64,000 bases of DNA from Histomonas meleagridis 2922-C6/04-290x. Taxonomy: Eukaryota; Protista; Parabasalia. Below the pieces are notes generated by a model that did no database searches, was not told the DNA's origin, and saw only the letters and a list, made by a program, of their open reading frames with translations. The stretch spans positions 62,001 to 126,000 of the forward strand of contig JAANOX010000059.1 in assembly GCA_020184695.1 (NCBI GenBank), given 5' to 3'. Below, piece after piece: positions 50,050 to 62,006 of the stretch; within the stretch, counting starts at the first letter, position 1, and every line of letters begins with the position of its first letter. The translations under genes and the position numbers were made by a program.

Positions 50050-52848
50050 TTAAATAAACATAGGATCAACAATATTAATGTTAACATGAGGCACGCGTGC
50101 AATTTCCCTATTCTTTCTGCACAACAATATACCAACTACTACTAAAATTACTATAACCAAAACGCATGGCAATACAACACATAGGATTATTTTCGTGATA
50201 TCTGATGAATCATATGATATGTAATTTCTGCATTTATTTTTCACTGTCTTAAAATTGATGGATACGCCCTTCCATAAATCATCTTCACAACTCGTTCCAT
50301 TGCAATCATTTTTATAATTCTCATAAGAATCTTCAGTTGGAAGACAAATACTTAAAACAGTCGTATCATCAAATATGTTTTCACTAAAGTTTTGTGGAGG
50401 GTTAGAAGGAAATAAAATAACACTTAAGTTTGTACATCCGCTAAAAATATGTGAAGAAGAAACTGGAACAGTGGATAAACTTGTCATATTTAAGAGCCGC
50501 AAGTTAACACACCCTGCGAATTGATAATCACCAGTAATAGTGATAACAGTAGAGAGTGATATATTTACCAGCGATGTACAATCTTTAAAACAATATGCTG
50601 GGAGTTGTGCAAGAGAATTTAACGTGACATTAACAAGTTTGGTACACCCCAAAAATGCATATTCAGTAATTTTTGAACAGTCTAAATCAACTGTGGTAAG
50701 AGAAGTACAATATTCAAATGTATTTGATCCGATGATATACGTTGATTTAGAAAACGAAATACTAGTAAGAGATGAACAATGAGAAAATTCATAGCCGGAT
50801 GAAGATTGACTCATTTCTCCAAAATTTGGAGCATATATTTTTTTCAGAGAAGTACAATTATAAAACATATAACCATTTGAAGTTGTAAGACGACGAAGAG
50901 ATACATATTGAATACTCGTCATGTTACTGAAAAGATTTGTTGGTACTGTTTCAATGAAATCCATATAAATCTGTTTTAATGAACTACAATTTATAGCAAT
51001 TGGACCTCTATCAATCATTGATACGCGACTTAAATTTAATATTTCAAGCGAAATACAATTAACAAATGCAGTGTCTCCTATGTAACTTGCATTTGGCAAT
51101 GTAATATTTTTAACTTGATTACATTCAAAGATAAGATTATTACCGATTAATTCAAGTGCTGGTAAATAAATTGTTTGAATTTTATTACATTTATAAAATA
51201 AATTTGATTCAAAACATTCAAGTTTTGGTAATGAAACATTAATTAAATTATCACAATGCATAAATGCATAAAAACCAATTCTGCTAAGTTTTGGTAATTC
51301 TATTTCTGTTATTTTATTACAATTAATTAAAAAATAATTTTTAATAATTGTAACATTTGGTAAACTAATGCTTTCAACAATTTCATTAGCAAGCGTAAAC
51401 GCATTTGAACCAATATTAAGTAAAGAAGGAAATTCAAAGTGAGTAATATTAAGTGGTGTCATAAAGTCATCTTGAGCGTATTTTAGGTTTGGTAAGTTGA
51501 GATATGATATTTTTTCTGAATGTAAAAATGGATAAATTCCAACTGACTCAAGCATAGGTAAAGTAATATTAATTAGATTTGTAATATTTGCAAATGCATA
51601 ATTAGAACAATTTTCAAGTTGAGGAAAATATATTTCTTTAAGATTTTTGCATTCACAAAATGCTCTTTCCCCACAATATTTAAGATTTGGTAATGATATA
51701 ATTTCAACTTCTGTTTCTGAAAATGCGTAATTCCCAATATATTCACATTCTGGAAATGATAATTTATTGTTAATATTGGTATTATAAATTTTAATTTTTG
51801 AAAAAGCGTAATCATCAATATATTTAATATTAAGTTCAGAGAAATCTTCACTTGGAATTATACATTGCTCAAACGCATGTTTTCCAATTGTCCTAACATT
51901 CTTTACTCCAATTGAAAATGATTGGGTAAAGCCTGTAAATAAATAATCAGGAATATGAACTAATTTAGATATGATAATCACCTCCAAAGAAATACAGTTT
52001 TGAAGAAAAGGACCACCAGCATATGTGAGTGTTTCTAAATGAAACTCTACTAAATTGATGTTGGTTGAAAATGCTCCTTCTGAAATATTCCTAACTTTTG
52101 GGACTTTTACATCGGATAATGAAAAACAGTATTCAAATGCATATTTTCCAATTGTGATTACATTTGGTAAATTAATACTTTCAATAGAGCCGCAATGAGA
52201 AAACATATAATTTGAAATATGTTCAATTTCTTCAAAATTTATTGAAGGAATACAACTACAATGCATAAACGCCATTTCACCACTGTTTTTTAACTTCGGA
52301 AGAAAAACGTTTTTAAGAGATAAACATCCATAGAATGCATTTGGTGGAATTTCTGTGACATTTGGAAGTATTAAGGTTTCGAGATTTTGGCAAAATTGAA
52401 AAGCGTAATTGCCAATATACGCGATAGTAGGCGAATCAAATGTAATCAAAACATTATTCCCCTTAAATGCATTATCAGAAATATTTAATGTGTTACCAAA
52501 ATAAATATGTTCGAAAAATCGAAATACTGAATCAACCATATCAACATGTGCATCAACATTAAGAGTTTTAATATTAATAAAATCTATTAAATCATAAAAT
52601 TCATAAATATCAACAATTTCAACATTACTTGAAATTGAAATATTTATAACAGTGTCAACGAAGGTAAAATTATTGATTTCTCCAATTATAAGTTTCCCAC
52701 TAAGAACATCCACTTCTGTAAAATTTGATACATTTGATAACGTTTGATTTATAAGCGCTTCATATAGGGTTTCTCCAGTTGCATGGATGTTTTTATTAAC
52801 AAGGATTTCAAGAATCGATACACTAAAAAAAGGAAAAAGCAGAAACAT
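50050..52848 (-). CDS. Long BspA-like LRR_5 surface protein with signal peptide, TM helix and short tail
   Basis: More than 20 TpLRR repeats (LPNVTEIPPNAFYGCLSL), N-terminal hydrophobic stretch, and TM IILCVVLPCVLVIVILVVVGILLC. Confidence 0.92.
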   Translation of the reverse strand: MFLLFPFFSVSILEILVNKNIHATGETLYEALINQTLSNVSNFTEVDVLSGKLIIGEINNFTFVDTVINISISSNVEIVDIYEFYDLIDFINIKTLNVDAHVDMVDSVFRFFEHIYFGNTLNISDNAFKGNNVLITFDSPTIAYIGNYAFQFCQNLETLILPNVTEIPPNAFYGCLSLKNVFLPKLKNSGEMAFMHCSCIPSINFEEIEHISNYMFSHCGSIESINLPNVITIGKYAFEYCFSLSDVKVPKVRNISEGAFSTNINLVEFHLETLTYAGGPFLQNCISLEVIIISKLVHIPDYLFTGFTQSFSIGVKNVRTIGKHAFEQCIIPSEDFSELNIKYIDDYAFSKIKIYNTNINNKLSFPECEYIGNYAFSETEVEIISLPNLKYCGERAFCECKNLKEIYFPQLENCSNYAFANITNLINITLPMLESVGIYPFLHSEKISYLNLPNLKYAQDDFMTPLNITHFEFPSLLNIGSNAFTLANEIVESISLPNVTIIKNYFLINCNKITEIELPKLSRIGFYAFMHCDNLINVSLPKLECFESNLFYKCNKIQTIYLPALELIGNNLIFECNQVKNITLPNASYIGDTAFVNCISLEILNLSRVSMIDRGPIAINCSSLKQIYMDFIETVPTNLFSNMTSIQYVSLRRLTTSNGYMFYNCTSLKKIYAPNFGEMSQSSSGYEFSHCSSLTSISFSKSTYIIGSNTFEYCTSLTTVDLDCSKITEYAFLGCTKLVNVTLNSLAQLPAYCFKDCTSLVNISLSTVITITGDYQFAGCVNLRLLNMTSLSTVPVSSSHIFSGCTNLSVILFPSNPPQNFSENIFDDTTVLSICLPTEDSYENYKNDCNGTSCEDDLWKGVSINFKTVKNKCRNYISYDSSDITKIILCVVLPCVLVIVILVVVGILLCRKNREIARVPHVNINIVDPMFI

Positions 52849-53309
52849 TCTTGGAAAATTGACGGTTTTTTATGTATAAAATATTGAATATCCAGGGTTT
52901 ACAACCAACTTTCATCATCGGAATTTAGCGCTACCATTGTTTGTGTAATGTCAGAAAAGTGACAAAATTTGATGTTTTCCCTAAAAATTCAAAGTTTTTT
53001 TTTTAATTAGAACTACACTTATCCATCTTTATATATCTTATTTTTAACTTTTAACAAGAAACTTAATTGTGATTAATATTTCCCAATATACATTGTAAAA
53101 TTAGCAAGAAAAGTGGCAATAGTACCAAACAAAGAATTATTGAATTATGAAAAATAAAGTTAATTATTAAATTAAGTGCTTGATAAGATTTATGATGAAA
53201 TTCATAATGAAAAACTAAACAATTTTGTTGTTTTATTCAAAAATTAAGTTATATGTGAAAAGCAAAATTATTTTATTTTTGATGTTTTTCTAATTTTTAT
53301 TCTTATTAT

Positions 53310-54660
53310 TCATTAAATATCCATTTGGCTATTTATTTCAACTGCTTTGGATGTTCTTCACTTTTTCGATATTTGTGTTCGAATACAAATTAATGACATA
53401 GTGATTAATAAAACAACAGTAACTACACCTGTAGAAACTCCAACGCCAATATAAACAGTTGTATAAACTGTTTTATTGCTATTTTTGCATTATCATTTCC
53501 AGGTATATAAAAATCAGTATAAGATGTGAAATAATTAGAATAAATTGTAGCCGTATAATAATAAGATATAATTAATGTTGTGACATATGTAAATGTTTAA
53601 TTAATTTCTGTAAAAATAAATGAATTTGTATATGAAGTGTAATTACTTAATGATTGTGTAAATGATAAAACACATGAAGTAACAAATGAATGTGATAAAG
53701 ATATGTCAGATGAAATTGTATTAGTATTATACGAAGAAAATGTATTTGATTGTGTAAATGTATTTGTTTCAGTTAACAAATTAATTGGGGTTTTTCTTGG
53801 AAACTTTAATAAATTATAGGTTTTCACAACAAAGAAATGGATTTTTTGATATTGAAGAAACTGTACTTGAAATTGTAATAGCTTTAAGTTTCTCGCATTT
53901 GTAAAACATTAAAGATCCAATTGTTTGAACACCTTCATTGAAACAGACAATTTCAAGGCAAGTACAACCAGAAAACACATATGATCCAATTTTTGTAAGA
54001 GCAATATTAAATGTTAGATTTTTTAATGACGAACAATCTCTAAAAGCATCTGATTCAATGCTTGTTATGTTTTTTCCAAATGAAATATTTTCCATGAAAT
54101 AACAATAAGCAAATGCACTTTCTCCAATTGAAATGACTGTTTCTGGTATTTTAAATATTGTAGATAACTGTCCATATGGATAAAATATGAGTTTCATTCA
54201 TGTTAACATTTTTATCATATAAAATTCCATCATCATCATAATAATTGGGATGATCCTTGGAAACATTTATAGATATCAGTTCATAACATCTAATAAAAGG
54301 ATTTTTTAATAATGTTGAAACTGTACTAGTACAGTAAAATCATAATTCCCAATTTCTTTTATCCCTTCCCCAAATGAAACATTTTTCGGTAAAATACATG
54401 AATCAAATGCATTTCCTCCAATAGAAGCTACTGAATTATTAATTACAACAGTAAGTAATGATATCCAATCTCTAAAAGCTTGACTTGGAATTGTAGTTAT
54501 TCCATTTGAAATGACAATATTGTCATGCTTTGCATAGCTTTTGTATCGTTGTGTAAATTCACTTGCAATCGTAATTAATGTTGACGTTTCCCAATCGAAT
54601 TTTTGCAGCGAATGAGAAAAAAAGAAAATAAATAAAAAGAAAATATATTTAATATTTATT
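53310..54660 (-). pseudogene. BspA-like surface protein pseudogene
   Basis: LRR blocks, SNTF stalk and TM segment are present in order but split by several stops, frameshifts and deletions. Confidence 0.8.
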
Positions 54661-55025
54661 TTTCCTTTGATTTGATGAGAATGTAATATTATAATTATTT
54701 GAAAAGAATCAAAAAGAACAAAAAAATACGAAAAGAAATAAGAATTTTTTTTTCTCATTGATTTTATGAAATTATTCTGAATTACATTATGTATATGTAT
54801 AAATATCATATCGCCAATATTGCATTAAAAATAAATTTAGAGTATTGCTTTTCCTTAAGCCCAAAGTGTCAGATTTGATACAAATTTCATAAGTTAACGG
54901 GCGCGCGTGTTGAGCTCAACTAAAAGCTTTTATGCGACATGTGACATGAATACAGCAAAAATGATGTTTTATTTACAAAAATATTAACATGCTAAGTTTT
55001 ATCTCAACTGACTTTGCTAATATTG

Positions 55026-55472
55026 CTAATTTGAATCTATTTGGAAAAATCCGTTTTCATTAAAGCTGATTCCATTTTTTTCATTTGGAGACGACATAGT
55101 TTTAACTGATTTGTATTTCCGAACAAGCAAATTAAGTAAGGGTTGGTCATTTAATGGAACAATTTCAAGATTGTGAGCAAGAAATTCTCTGTTCATTTGA
55201 TCTTTTGGCTGACCTGTCTCATTTAAAAAAACAGATTCGGAGTGAACCATTCCGTTTGCATGAAAGTATTCACGTATTAATTCGTTAATAATTAGATTTT
55301 CTTGACAAAGTGGGATATTTCGTTGATCCACATTTTCTTTAATAAGTAAATTATAAATTTCTGTTCTAATTTCAGCTGCAATTTTTCCTAAATCTCCATT
55401 CTTTTTTAGTGCTGATATTAATGTTTTCTTGAGATTGCATTCATTCATTAAATGTACGTTTATTAAAGACAT
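55026..55472 (-). CDS. FOR20: LisH centriolar protein FOR20/FOPNL
   Basis: LKKNGDLGKIAAEIRTEIY, ENLIINELIREYF..NG..HSESVF..ETGQP...REFL..PLL. Confidence 0.8.
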   Translation of the reverse strand: MSLINVHLMNECNLKKTLISALKKNGDLGKIAAEIRTEIYNLLIKENVDQRNIPLCQENLIINELIREYFHANGMVHSESVFLNETGQPKDQMNREFLAHNLEIVPLNDQPLLNLLVRKYKSVKTMSSPNEKNGISFNENGFFQIDSN

Positions 55473-55968
55473 TTGACCTGAAATAAAAAAAATTGTACAT
55501 GTTTTTTGAATGAAGATAAACTACTGTAAACAAGGATCTAAAAAGAATTGATTTTAATGATAAAATAATGTTTTTTTCAAAATAATTTAAAATAATTGTA
55601 AGTAGCATGTGTTTATATTTTCAATTGAAATAGTCAAAACTTTCTTGTTTATCAAATTAAATGTATACAACATGGTTTTACATATTATGTTGTCCAATAA
55701 AAGCTATTTTAAAGTAAAATTAACAGATATGAAGATAAAAATTGACTTATTCACTACGTTGATATTTTTCTGCCATGATTAAAAATATAAAATGTTGAAC
55801 CAAGTATAGGATGAAACTTTAAATACAATGAATTTAAGATGGTGGATTACAAAAGTTGTATAAAAAGTTTTTTCCAGAAAGATTTTTGATAAGAAAATTG
55901 ATATATTTATATTTCATCGTCCAAAAAAAATTTCTTTCAAATTTGTGGCGGGAGAAAAAAGAATCAAA

Positions 55969-58668
55969 ATGCAGAAAGAATCAAACAGTGGTTTGTCAAG
56001 GGTAGAAAAAGATCAGGTGTTGAAGTTAGCACCAAGGTATCAAAGGAAAATTCATATGTCATTTCATGGATCTATTCAAAACGATAAACTTAAAGATGAT
56101 AACGCAATTATCCTTCTTACAGAACATTTTGTTGTAATTATTATACAAAACCAAAAGGATAGGGTGCTAGAAGTTCTATATTCTATTCATTTCTTTTCAA
56201 TATCTTTTGTTGAAATCATTGATTCGGAAACAATAATGATTGAATCACAATCCTGCGGGAAATTGCATATAAAATCAAAAGATTGTGTTATGTTTGCACG
56301 GAATCTTTCAAAAAATTATGCAGTTGCTTCGTCATTACTTCCTGATCGTCATCGGTGGAAAGTTGTTACTCGTAAAAAAGGCAAAATAGGACGCCTTGAA
56401 CCATTAATGTCATTTTCTCAACGTTTTCAATTTACTTATAATGCATATTGTTCATTTTATAAAGTCAGATATAATCATCCAATTGTGAAATACATCCATA
56501 ATTTACTTCAAGCCCATAATCCTTTTTTCGATTCCAAACAACTTCCGACACATATTGTTGATTCAAATCTTGGTAGTGCAGCTGATTTTCAACCAGTTGC
56601 ATCATCTCTAAAATATTTTCCATATATTCAATCATTTTCATTGAACCATATTTCCAGTAAAAACATTATCTCTGCTATTTCGTCATTAGTTATCTCAAAT
56701 GAAAACATTAAAATCATAAGTCTTGTTGATGTTGGCGCAACAAATGGGTGTAACAAATTATCAAATGCAATTAAACATTCGAAGAAAAACTCAATTTTGT
56801 TTTGGGATCTTAGTGACAATGTAATTGAAGATATTAATGATTTTACTACTTCATTAATTAAATATAAATCAACTTTATATGGATTAAGATTAAACAATGT
56901 ACAAATGAATGAGTTAGCAATAACAAATCTTTTCCAAAGTTTAACAAATAATAAAAATCTTCATGAAATTAAAGAATTAAGTTTAGTTGGTAATAAAATA
57001 TCAAAAAATAATTGTCAAAATATAAGGAAATGGATTAAAACATTAAAAAGTAATAAGAAATTCTATTTGCAACATTTATCACTTGGACCTTTATCTAAGC
57101 CGCCACTTATTACTGATTTAATTGATGGATGTAATCAACCATTAACTGTTGTACGTATTGTAGACAGTAAGTTAACAGATGATTCATTATATGATATTTC
57201 AAGATTTCTTTTAAGAACTTCAACATTAAAAGAATTTGATATTTCTGGTTGTTCAATATCAAATAAAGCTTTTAGAAGTGTATTAAAAGCATTACAAGAA
57301 AATACAAAAATTCAACAACTTTCATTAGGTTTAAATCGATTAAAACTTCATGGAAGTAAAATTAAAACATTAACTGAATTCTTATCTAAAGGACTTTCGA
57401 ATAAAATAGTCGAAATTCATATTGATAATAATGGAATTACTGATAAAGAATTAAATGAATTTATTGTAAATGTTCATGTTATGCATCAATTAAAGAAATT
57501 ATCAATTTCAGGAACTTTTGGTCATAAGAATCCAAATATTATTGAGACAATTCTTGCTTTATTAACATCTAAAACACTTGAAGTATTAACAATTAAAGGT
57601 AATAGTAAAACATATTTAATGAATCAAGCAATACCAATATTATGTGGTTTGTTTGATAATAAAATAATAAAAAATATTAATTTTAGTCATAACAAAATTG
57701 GTGAAATTGGAGTAAAAACTGCTTCAAATTTAATAAGAGCAAATAATAATATTCAATCATTAGAAATCGATGGAAGTGGTGTAACAAATATCGAAACAAT
57801 TTATGATTATCTAGAAGCTTGTGCTCAAAGTAAATCATTATTAGAAGCTAAAGTTCCTAAAATTGATTTAGAAAATATCGTTTTAAATAAGACATTAAAT
57901 GAAAAAAGTGATATATTAAATAAAATTGCTCAATTACAAGATAAAGTTAATCAAAACTTATTTAGAAATAGAAATAAATTTGGTATTCAATCAAGTTTAT
58001 CATTACAACAGAATCCAATAATTGATGAAATCATTGAATTGGCTGTCGAACAAAACAAGAAATTAATGGGAAATATGAACGTAAATGATTTAAATGATTT
58101 ATCAAAGTTATACGGTATTCCTCTTCCAACACAAACATTTTCAGATATTACCAATAGAGGAAGTGATTTTAATAAAGTAACAATGAATTCATTAAATAGC
58201 ATAGAATCAAATCGATTTAATTTCCAATCTGTTGATAATATTAAAAGTAAAAATAGAACAAAGAAAAATGATAAAAAATTGGAAGAAAATTATGACCCAG
58301 AATTAAAACATACAAAGTTATCGGATGATGACAATAAGAAAAATAAAAATGTTAAAAAGAATAAAGAAAAGGAATCAGAAACAAGTGATGAAGAAACAGA
58401 AACAGAAACAGAATTAGATGAAGAAAATACAGAAGAAAATGAAACTGATTCAGGTGAAGCAGAATCAAATGACCAAAACGAAACTGAGTCCAACAATGAG
58501 GATACTGATGAAAGCACTGAAAATGATAGTGAAAGTGATACTGAAGTAAGTGATAAAGAGTCAAGTGAACATGAACAATATTCAGAAGATAGCGAAGCAG
58601 ACACAAGCGATCAGGAAACAGAGCAAAGTTCGGATGAAACAGAGTCTGAGACAAGTGAATCTGAATAG
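55969..58668 (+). CDS. CARMIL-like LRR protein (PH-like N-terminus, RNI-type LRRs, acidic tail)
   Basis: WDLSDNVIED, LSLVGNKI, FDISGCSI, IDNNGITD and INFSHNKIGEIG LRRs; Glu/Ser/Thr-rich C-terminus. First ATG at 55969. Confidence 0.75.
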   Translation: MQKESNSGLSRVEKDQVLKLAPRYQRKIHMSFHGSIQNDKLKDDNAIILLTEHFVVIIIQNQKDRVLEVLYSIHFFSISFVEIIDSETIMIESQSCGKLHIKSKDCVMFARNLSKNYAVASSLLPDRHRWKVVTRKKGKIGRLEPLMSFSQRFQFTYNAYCSFYKVRYNHPIVKYIHNLLQAHNPFFDSKQLPTHIVDSNLGSAADFQPVASSLKYFPYIQSFSLNHISSKNIISAISSLVISNENIKIISLVDVGATNGCNKLSNAIKHSKKNSILFWDLSDNVIEDINDFTTSLIKYKSTLYGLRLNNVQMNELAITNLFQSLTNNKNLHEIKELSLVGNKISKNNCQNIRKWIKTLKSNKKFYLQHLSLGPLSKPPLITDLIDGCNQPLTVVRIVDSKLTDDSLYDISRFLLRTSTLKEFDISGCSISNKAFRSVLKALQENTKIQQLSLGLNRLKLHGSKIKTLTEFLSKGLSNKIVEIHIDNNGITDKELNEFIVNVHVMHQLKKLSISGTFGHKNPNIIETILALLTSKTLEVLTIKGNSKTYLMNQAIPILCGLFDNKIIKNINFSHNKIGEIGVKTASNLIRANNNIQSLEIDGSGVTNIETIYDYLEACAQSKSLLEAKVPKIDLENIVLNKTLNEKSDILNKIAQLQDKVNQNLFRNRNKFGIQSSLSLQQNPIIDEIIELAVEQNKKLMGNMNVNDLNDLSKLYGIPLPTQTFSDITNRGSDFNKVTMNSLNSIESNRFNFQSVDNIKSKNRTKKNDKKLEENYDPELKHTKLSDDDNKKNKNVKKNKEKESETSDEETETETELDEENTEENETDSGEAESNDQNETESNNEDTDESTENDSESDTEVSDKESSEHEQYSEDSEADTSDQETEQSSDETESETSESE

Positions 58669-58738
58669 AGTTAAAGCCCTTAAACAGATTGTAAAACAAA
58701 ACTTTAATTACTTTATTAATTCAAAAAAATTAAAGAAA

Positions 58739-60158
58739 GGGTTAATTCAGATGTCCCCAGGGAACAGTCACCGGGGACATGTCCCCGGGTGTTCAATTTT
58801 TTAACAGTCATTGTGAAAATTTATGGATTTCAGCAGTGGATTTTTTTTTGATGTTGGAGAAAACCGAATAAATTGAGTTTATCGGTAATACAAAAAAAGT
58901 TAAAAAGACGATTAAATTGCTTTTTTAAAAACACACTGATACCCTACCCATGAGGTTGAACAAAAGATACTTCCAATGTTTTATTTATTAAAAAATCGTC
59001 TAAAAATGTTTATTAGCACCACCCAATGGTCACTGCCTCTAATTGTGAATGTGTTTGATTCTGTGAATGTGAGCGTTGGAACATAAAAATCTTAATCTGT
59101 TTGAATTTTTCGAATCTTTTAAATAAATACTATATCCATTTCTGGTTGCTAACTCTTTGAGGTAATTGCAAAGCTCCGATCCACATGTAAATGAAAAAGG
59201 AGAAAGGTTTTCGAAGTCCATTAAAAATTGAAAAAGCCAGCGGTGAAGACGATTAAACTCATGCCATGAATGTATATTGTGTGTTTCAATTCTATGTCGT
59301 CGTTTTTGAATTCAATGTTATTACATTCATATGTGATTTGGATATATAGAAATTTTCATTGTATCAACAGTTATTGATCGTATAATAATTTTGCATCAAA
59401 TTTTTTCCCAAAACATTTGTCAAAAAATGACTTTTTCGTTTCAGAATGAATCACGTTGAAGAAAGCGTTGAAGCAATTGGGGAACACGTATATGCTTCAC
59501 GTACTTCGTTGAAAAATATCACAATTTCGAGTGCGGTCACATCGATTGGGAATTATGCATTTGAATCATGTTGGCATTGGAGACATTTTCTTTTGGAGAA
59601 AAAGTGAAAATATATGAGGATTGTGCATTTTATTCATGTTCATCATTGAAAAACATCACAATTCCAAGTAATGCATTATTTTTGGGACGAAACATCGCCA
59701 ACAGTGCCTTTTCTAAAGTACCAACATCATCTATTAGACGTTGGTAACATATCAAAGCGAGACATTTGGAGATTTGTAAACATCCAAAGGAACGACAATT
59801 GAAGGATGACTCCTGATGCCAACGCTCACATTCACAGAATCAAACACATTCACAATTAGAGGCAGTGACCATTGGGTGGTGCTAATAAACATTTTTAGAC
59901 GATTTTTTAATAAATAAAACATTGGAAGTATCTTTTGTTCAACCTCATGGGTAGGGTATCAGTGTGTTTTTTTTAAAAGCAATTTAATCGTCTTTTTAAC
60001 TTTTTGTATTACCGATAAACTCAATTTATTCGGTTTTCTCCAACATCAAAAAAAAATCCACTGCTGAAATCCATAAATTTTCACAATGACTGTTAAAAAA
60101 TTGAACACCCGGGGACATGTCCCCGGTGACTGTTCCCTGGGGACATCTGAATTAACCC
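58739..60158. mobile_element. Non-autonomous Mutator-like element (Pack-MULE-like) with 341/340-bp TIRs and 9-bp TSD
   Basis: 58739-59079 is the reverse complement of 59819-60158 apart from homopolymer lengths. Ends are GGGTTAA/TTAACCC; TTAAAGAAA is duplicated at 58730-58738 and 60159-60167. Confidence 0.9.
59445..59815 (+). pseudogene. BspA LRR fragment captured inside the MULE
   Basis: Reads SLKNITISSAVTSIGNYAFESC, FYSCSSLKNITIPS, NSAFSKVPTS and SETFGDL..SKGTTIEG with frameshifts. Confidence 0.8.
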
Positions 60159-60361
60159 TTAAAGAAATATGTAATGTGTTGACTTGTTTATGTGTTTTGT
60201 TGGTGATTTTTGTTGATCAGATGGAAGGGATTCGATTAAGAATTAAGTGAATTAAAAGTAACGTCAGAAAATAACTTTGTTATAATGGTAACTAGCAATC
60301 AAAATGACAGAAACTAATGGATCATTTAAATTTATTTTTTCGTTTTTCTTTGATGAATCTA

Positions 60362-62006
60362 GAGTGGCAGCAATAAGGGGGTTGACTCGGTAGAAACCCC
60401 GTTGACCCATGTTATCTTTTGAATATCGAAAAATTTTAAACAATTTTTTGTCGAGATTTTATAAAAAAAAATAATATTTTATTCATAACTTTGTTCTCTT
60501 TCTATTTTTTGAATAGACTAAAAAATTCGGTGAATTTCTGAAGTGCCGTACTCGATCAGCATACCTCTCATCAACCTTGATGTAGAGGATATTGTCATTT
60601 CGAGAATATTCTGTTAGAAGTCCTCCTCTCCAAAAGGCATTGACAACGCATCTTGTAACAGTAGACATTATATATGAATCATGAATCCTTATAACTTTTT
60701 TTGTTTGATAAGAAAGTGTTGAATCAAGATATATGTTGGCCATTTTTCCTTTTTGATTCGCAAAAACACAGATGTCAAGAAATTGCAATTGAGTGCTCGA
60801 ATGCGAAAGAATATATCTAAGATATACATTGTTCTCGGATAAATAGTCATCAATACCATCGGCTCCATGGCACGAACACCCATCAAGGATTAGAATTGCT
60901 GGACCATCATATCCAGTTATTTGTCGTCTTATTTGCAAATCTGTCAAGTAACAATCATCCGACCATTCCTTAAATATCCTTGCATTGATATACCCAGTAT
61001 CGCTTTTGGGATATGTTATTTTATCTGTTGTGTATCCCAGCTGATATAATTCATAATCAACTGTTTCTCTTCGAATAACAATTAGTGGTTTGATAACTGA
61101 ACTATCTGCAACTATTGCAGCAATCATTGTGTGGTGATCCACATTAACATCTTGCCCAATTGGAATTTCATTTCCAACATATTCCATCGGTACAACACAA
61201 GAAACAGCGCGATCAAGTTCGCGTCCACCAAATCCTACTTCATCAACATTTGCAACAAATGATGCTGGTATTGGAAATTCAAATGTTTCATGAAATTGCT
61301 TGAACCATTCATCTATTTGGCCTTCATCGCAGTGGACACGATCTGCTTCCATTCTTGTCCCCTTGACTAACCTGAATAACTGCGAGTTAGATATCATATG
61401 CCTTACAGATTCTGGAGTTAGAATCATTTCGAAAGCATTAAAAACGAAATTAACTATTCTTTGTATTGTGCATGGGGTCTTCTGGTTATATTGTGAAGAA
61501 ATGTAACTACTTAATCTTCCCATTTGTTGATCATTAAGTGAAGATGGACGCCCAATAATTCCAGGTTCTCCATTCCACTTGCAATAAGAACTTATTACAT
61601 TGGAAATCCTTTGTTTAGATACACCAAAAATCTTCCCAATGTCTGACATCGAAAGTTTGAGTTCTCTTTTATTTCCATAATAATAGAGGTTATATATTTG
61701 CTCACGCTTTGAGGATGCATTAGAGTTCCATTGTAATATTTCATATGCAATCTTTGCTTTGTCCGGACCCACTGCCCCAAGGTCTAATTGATCAAGAGTA
61801 CACGGCTTCTCATAAATGCCTCTGCTGTGTGGAACCTGAAAGTATTCTTCGGGTTTCTCCAGCATCCGAACATTTAATGAAGTGAAAAAACGTCAGAAGA
61901 TTTTGATCGTATCACAAATTTTGAATGCATCAATATCAATTTTTAACTTTTTCAAAACTTTGTCAATGGTAATGTGTCACAGTCAACGGGGTTTTTGCTG
62001 TGACTC
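60362..62006 (-). mobile_element. pogo/Fot1-like DNA transposon with TA target duplication and imperfect ~25-bp TIRs
   Basis: TA at 60360-60361 and 62007-62008. The left end GAGTGGCAGCAATAAGGGGGTTGAC aligns with the reverse complement of the right end, GAGTCACAGCAAAAACCCCGTTGAC. Confidence 0.8.
60483..61865 (-). CDS. pogo/Fot1-type DD35D transposase (HTH plus DDE_1)
   Basis: HTH (MSDIGKIFGVSKQRIS), GRPSSL, NVDEVG, ILILDGCSCH and QFLD, with 35 residues between the second and third Asp. Confidence 0.9.
   Translation of the reverse strand: MLEKPEEYFQVPHSRGIYEKPCTLDQLDLGAVGPDKAKIAYEILQWNSNASSKREQIYNLYYYGNKRELKLSMSDIGKIFGVSKQRISNVISSYCKWNGEPGIIGRPSSLNDQQMGRLSSYISSQYNQKTPCTIQRIVNFVFNAFEMILTPESVRHMISNSQLFRLVKGTRMEADRVHCDEGQIDEWFKQFHETFEFPIPASFVANVDEVGFGGRELDRAVSCVVPMEYVGNEIPIGQDVNVDHHTMIAAIVADSSVIKPLIVIRRETVDYELYQLGYTTDKITYPKSDTGYINARIFKEWSDDCYLTDLQIRRQITGYDGPAILILDGCSCHGADGIDDYLSENNVYLRYILSHSSTQLQFLDICVFANQKGKMANIYLDSTLSYQTKKVIRIHDSYIMSTVTRCVVNAFWRGGLLTEYSRNDNILYIKVDERYADRVRHFRNSPNFLVYSKNRKRTKL

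Noticed and set aside
6055-58668. Apparent clustering of membrane-trafficking and GTPase genes
   Set aside because: These families are massively expanded in parabasalids, so local density is expected without functional clustering.
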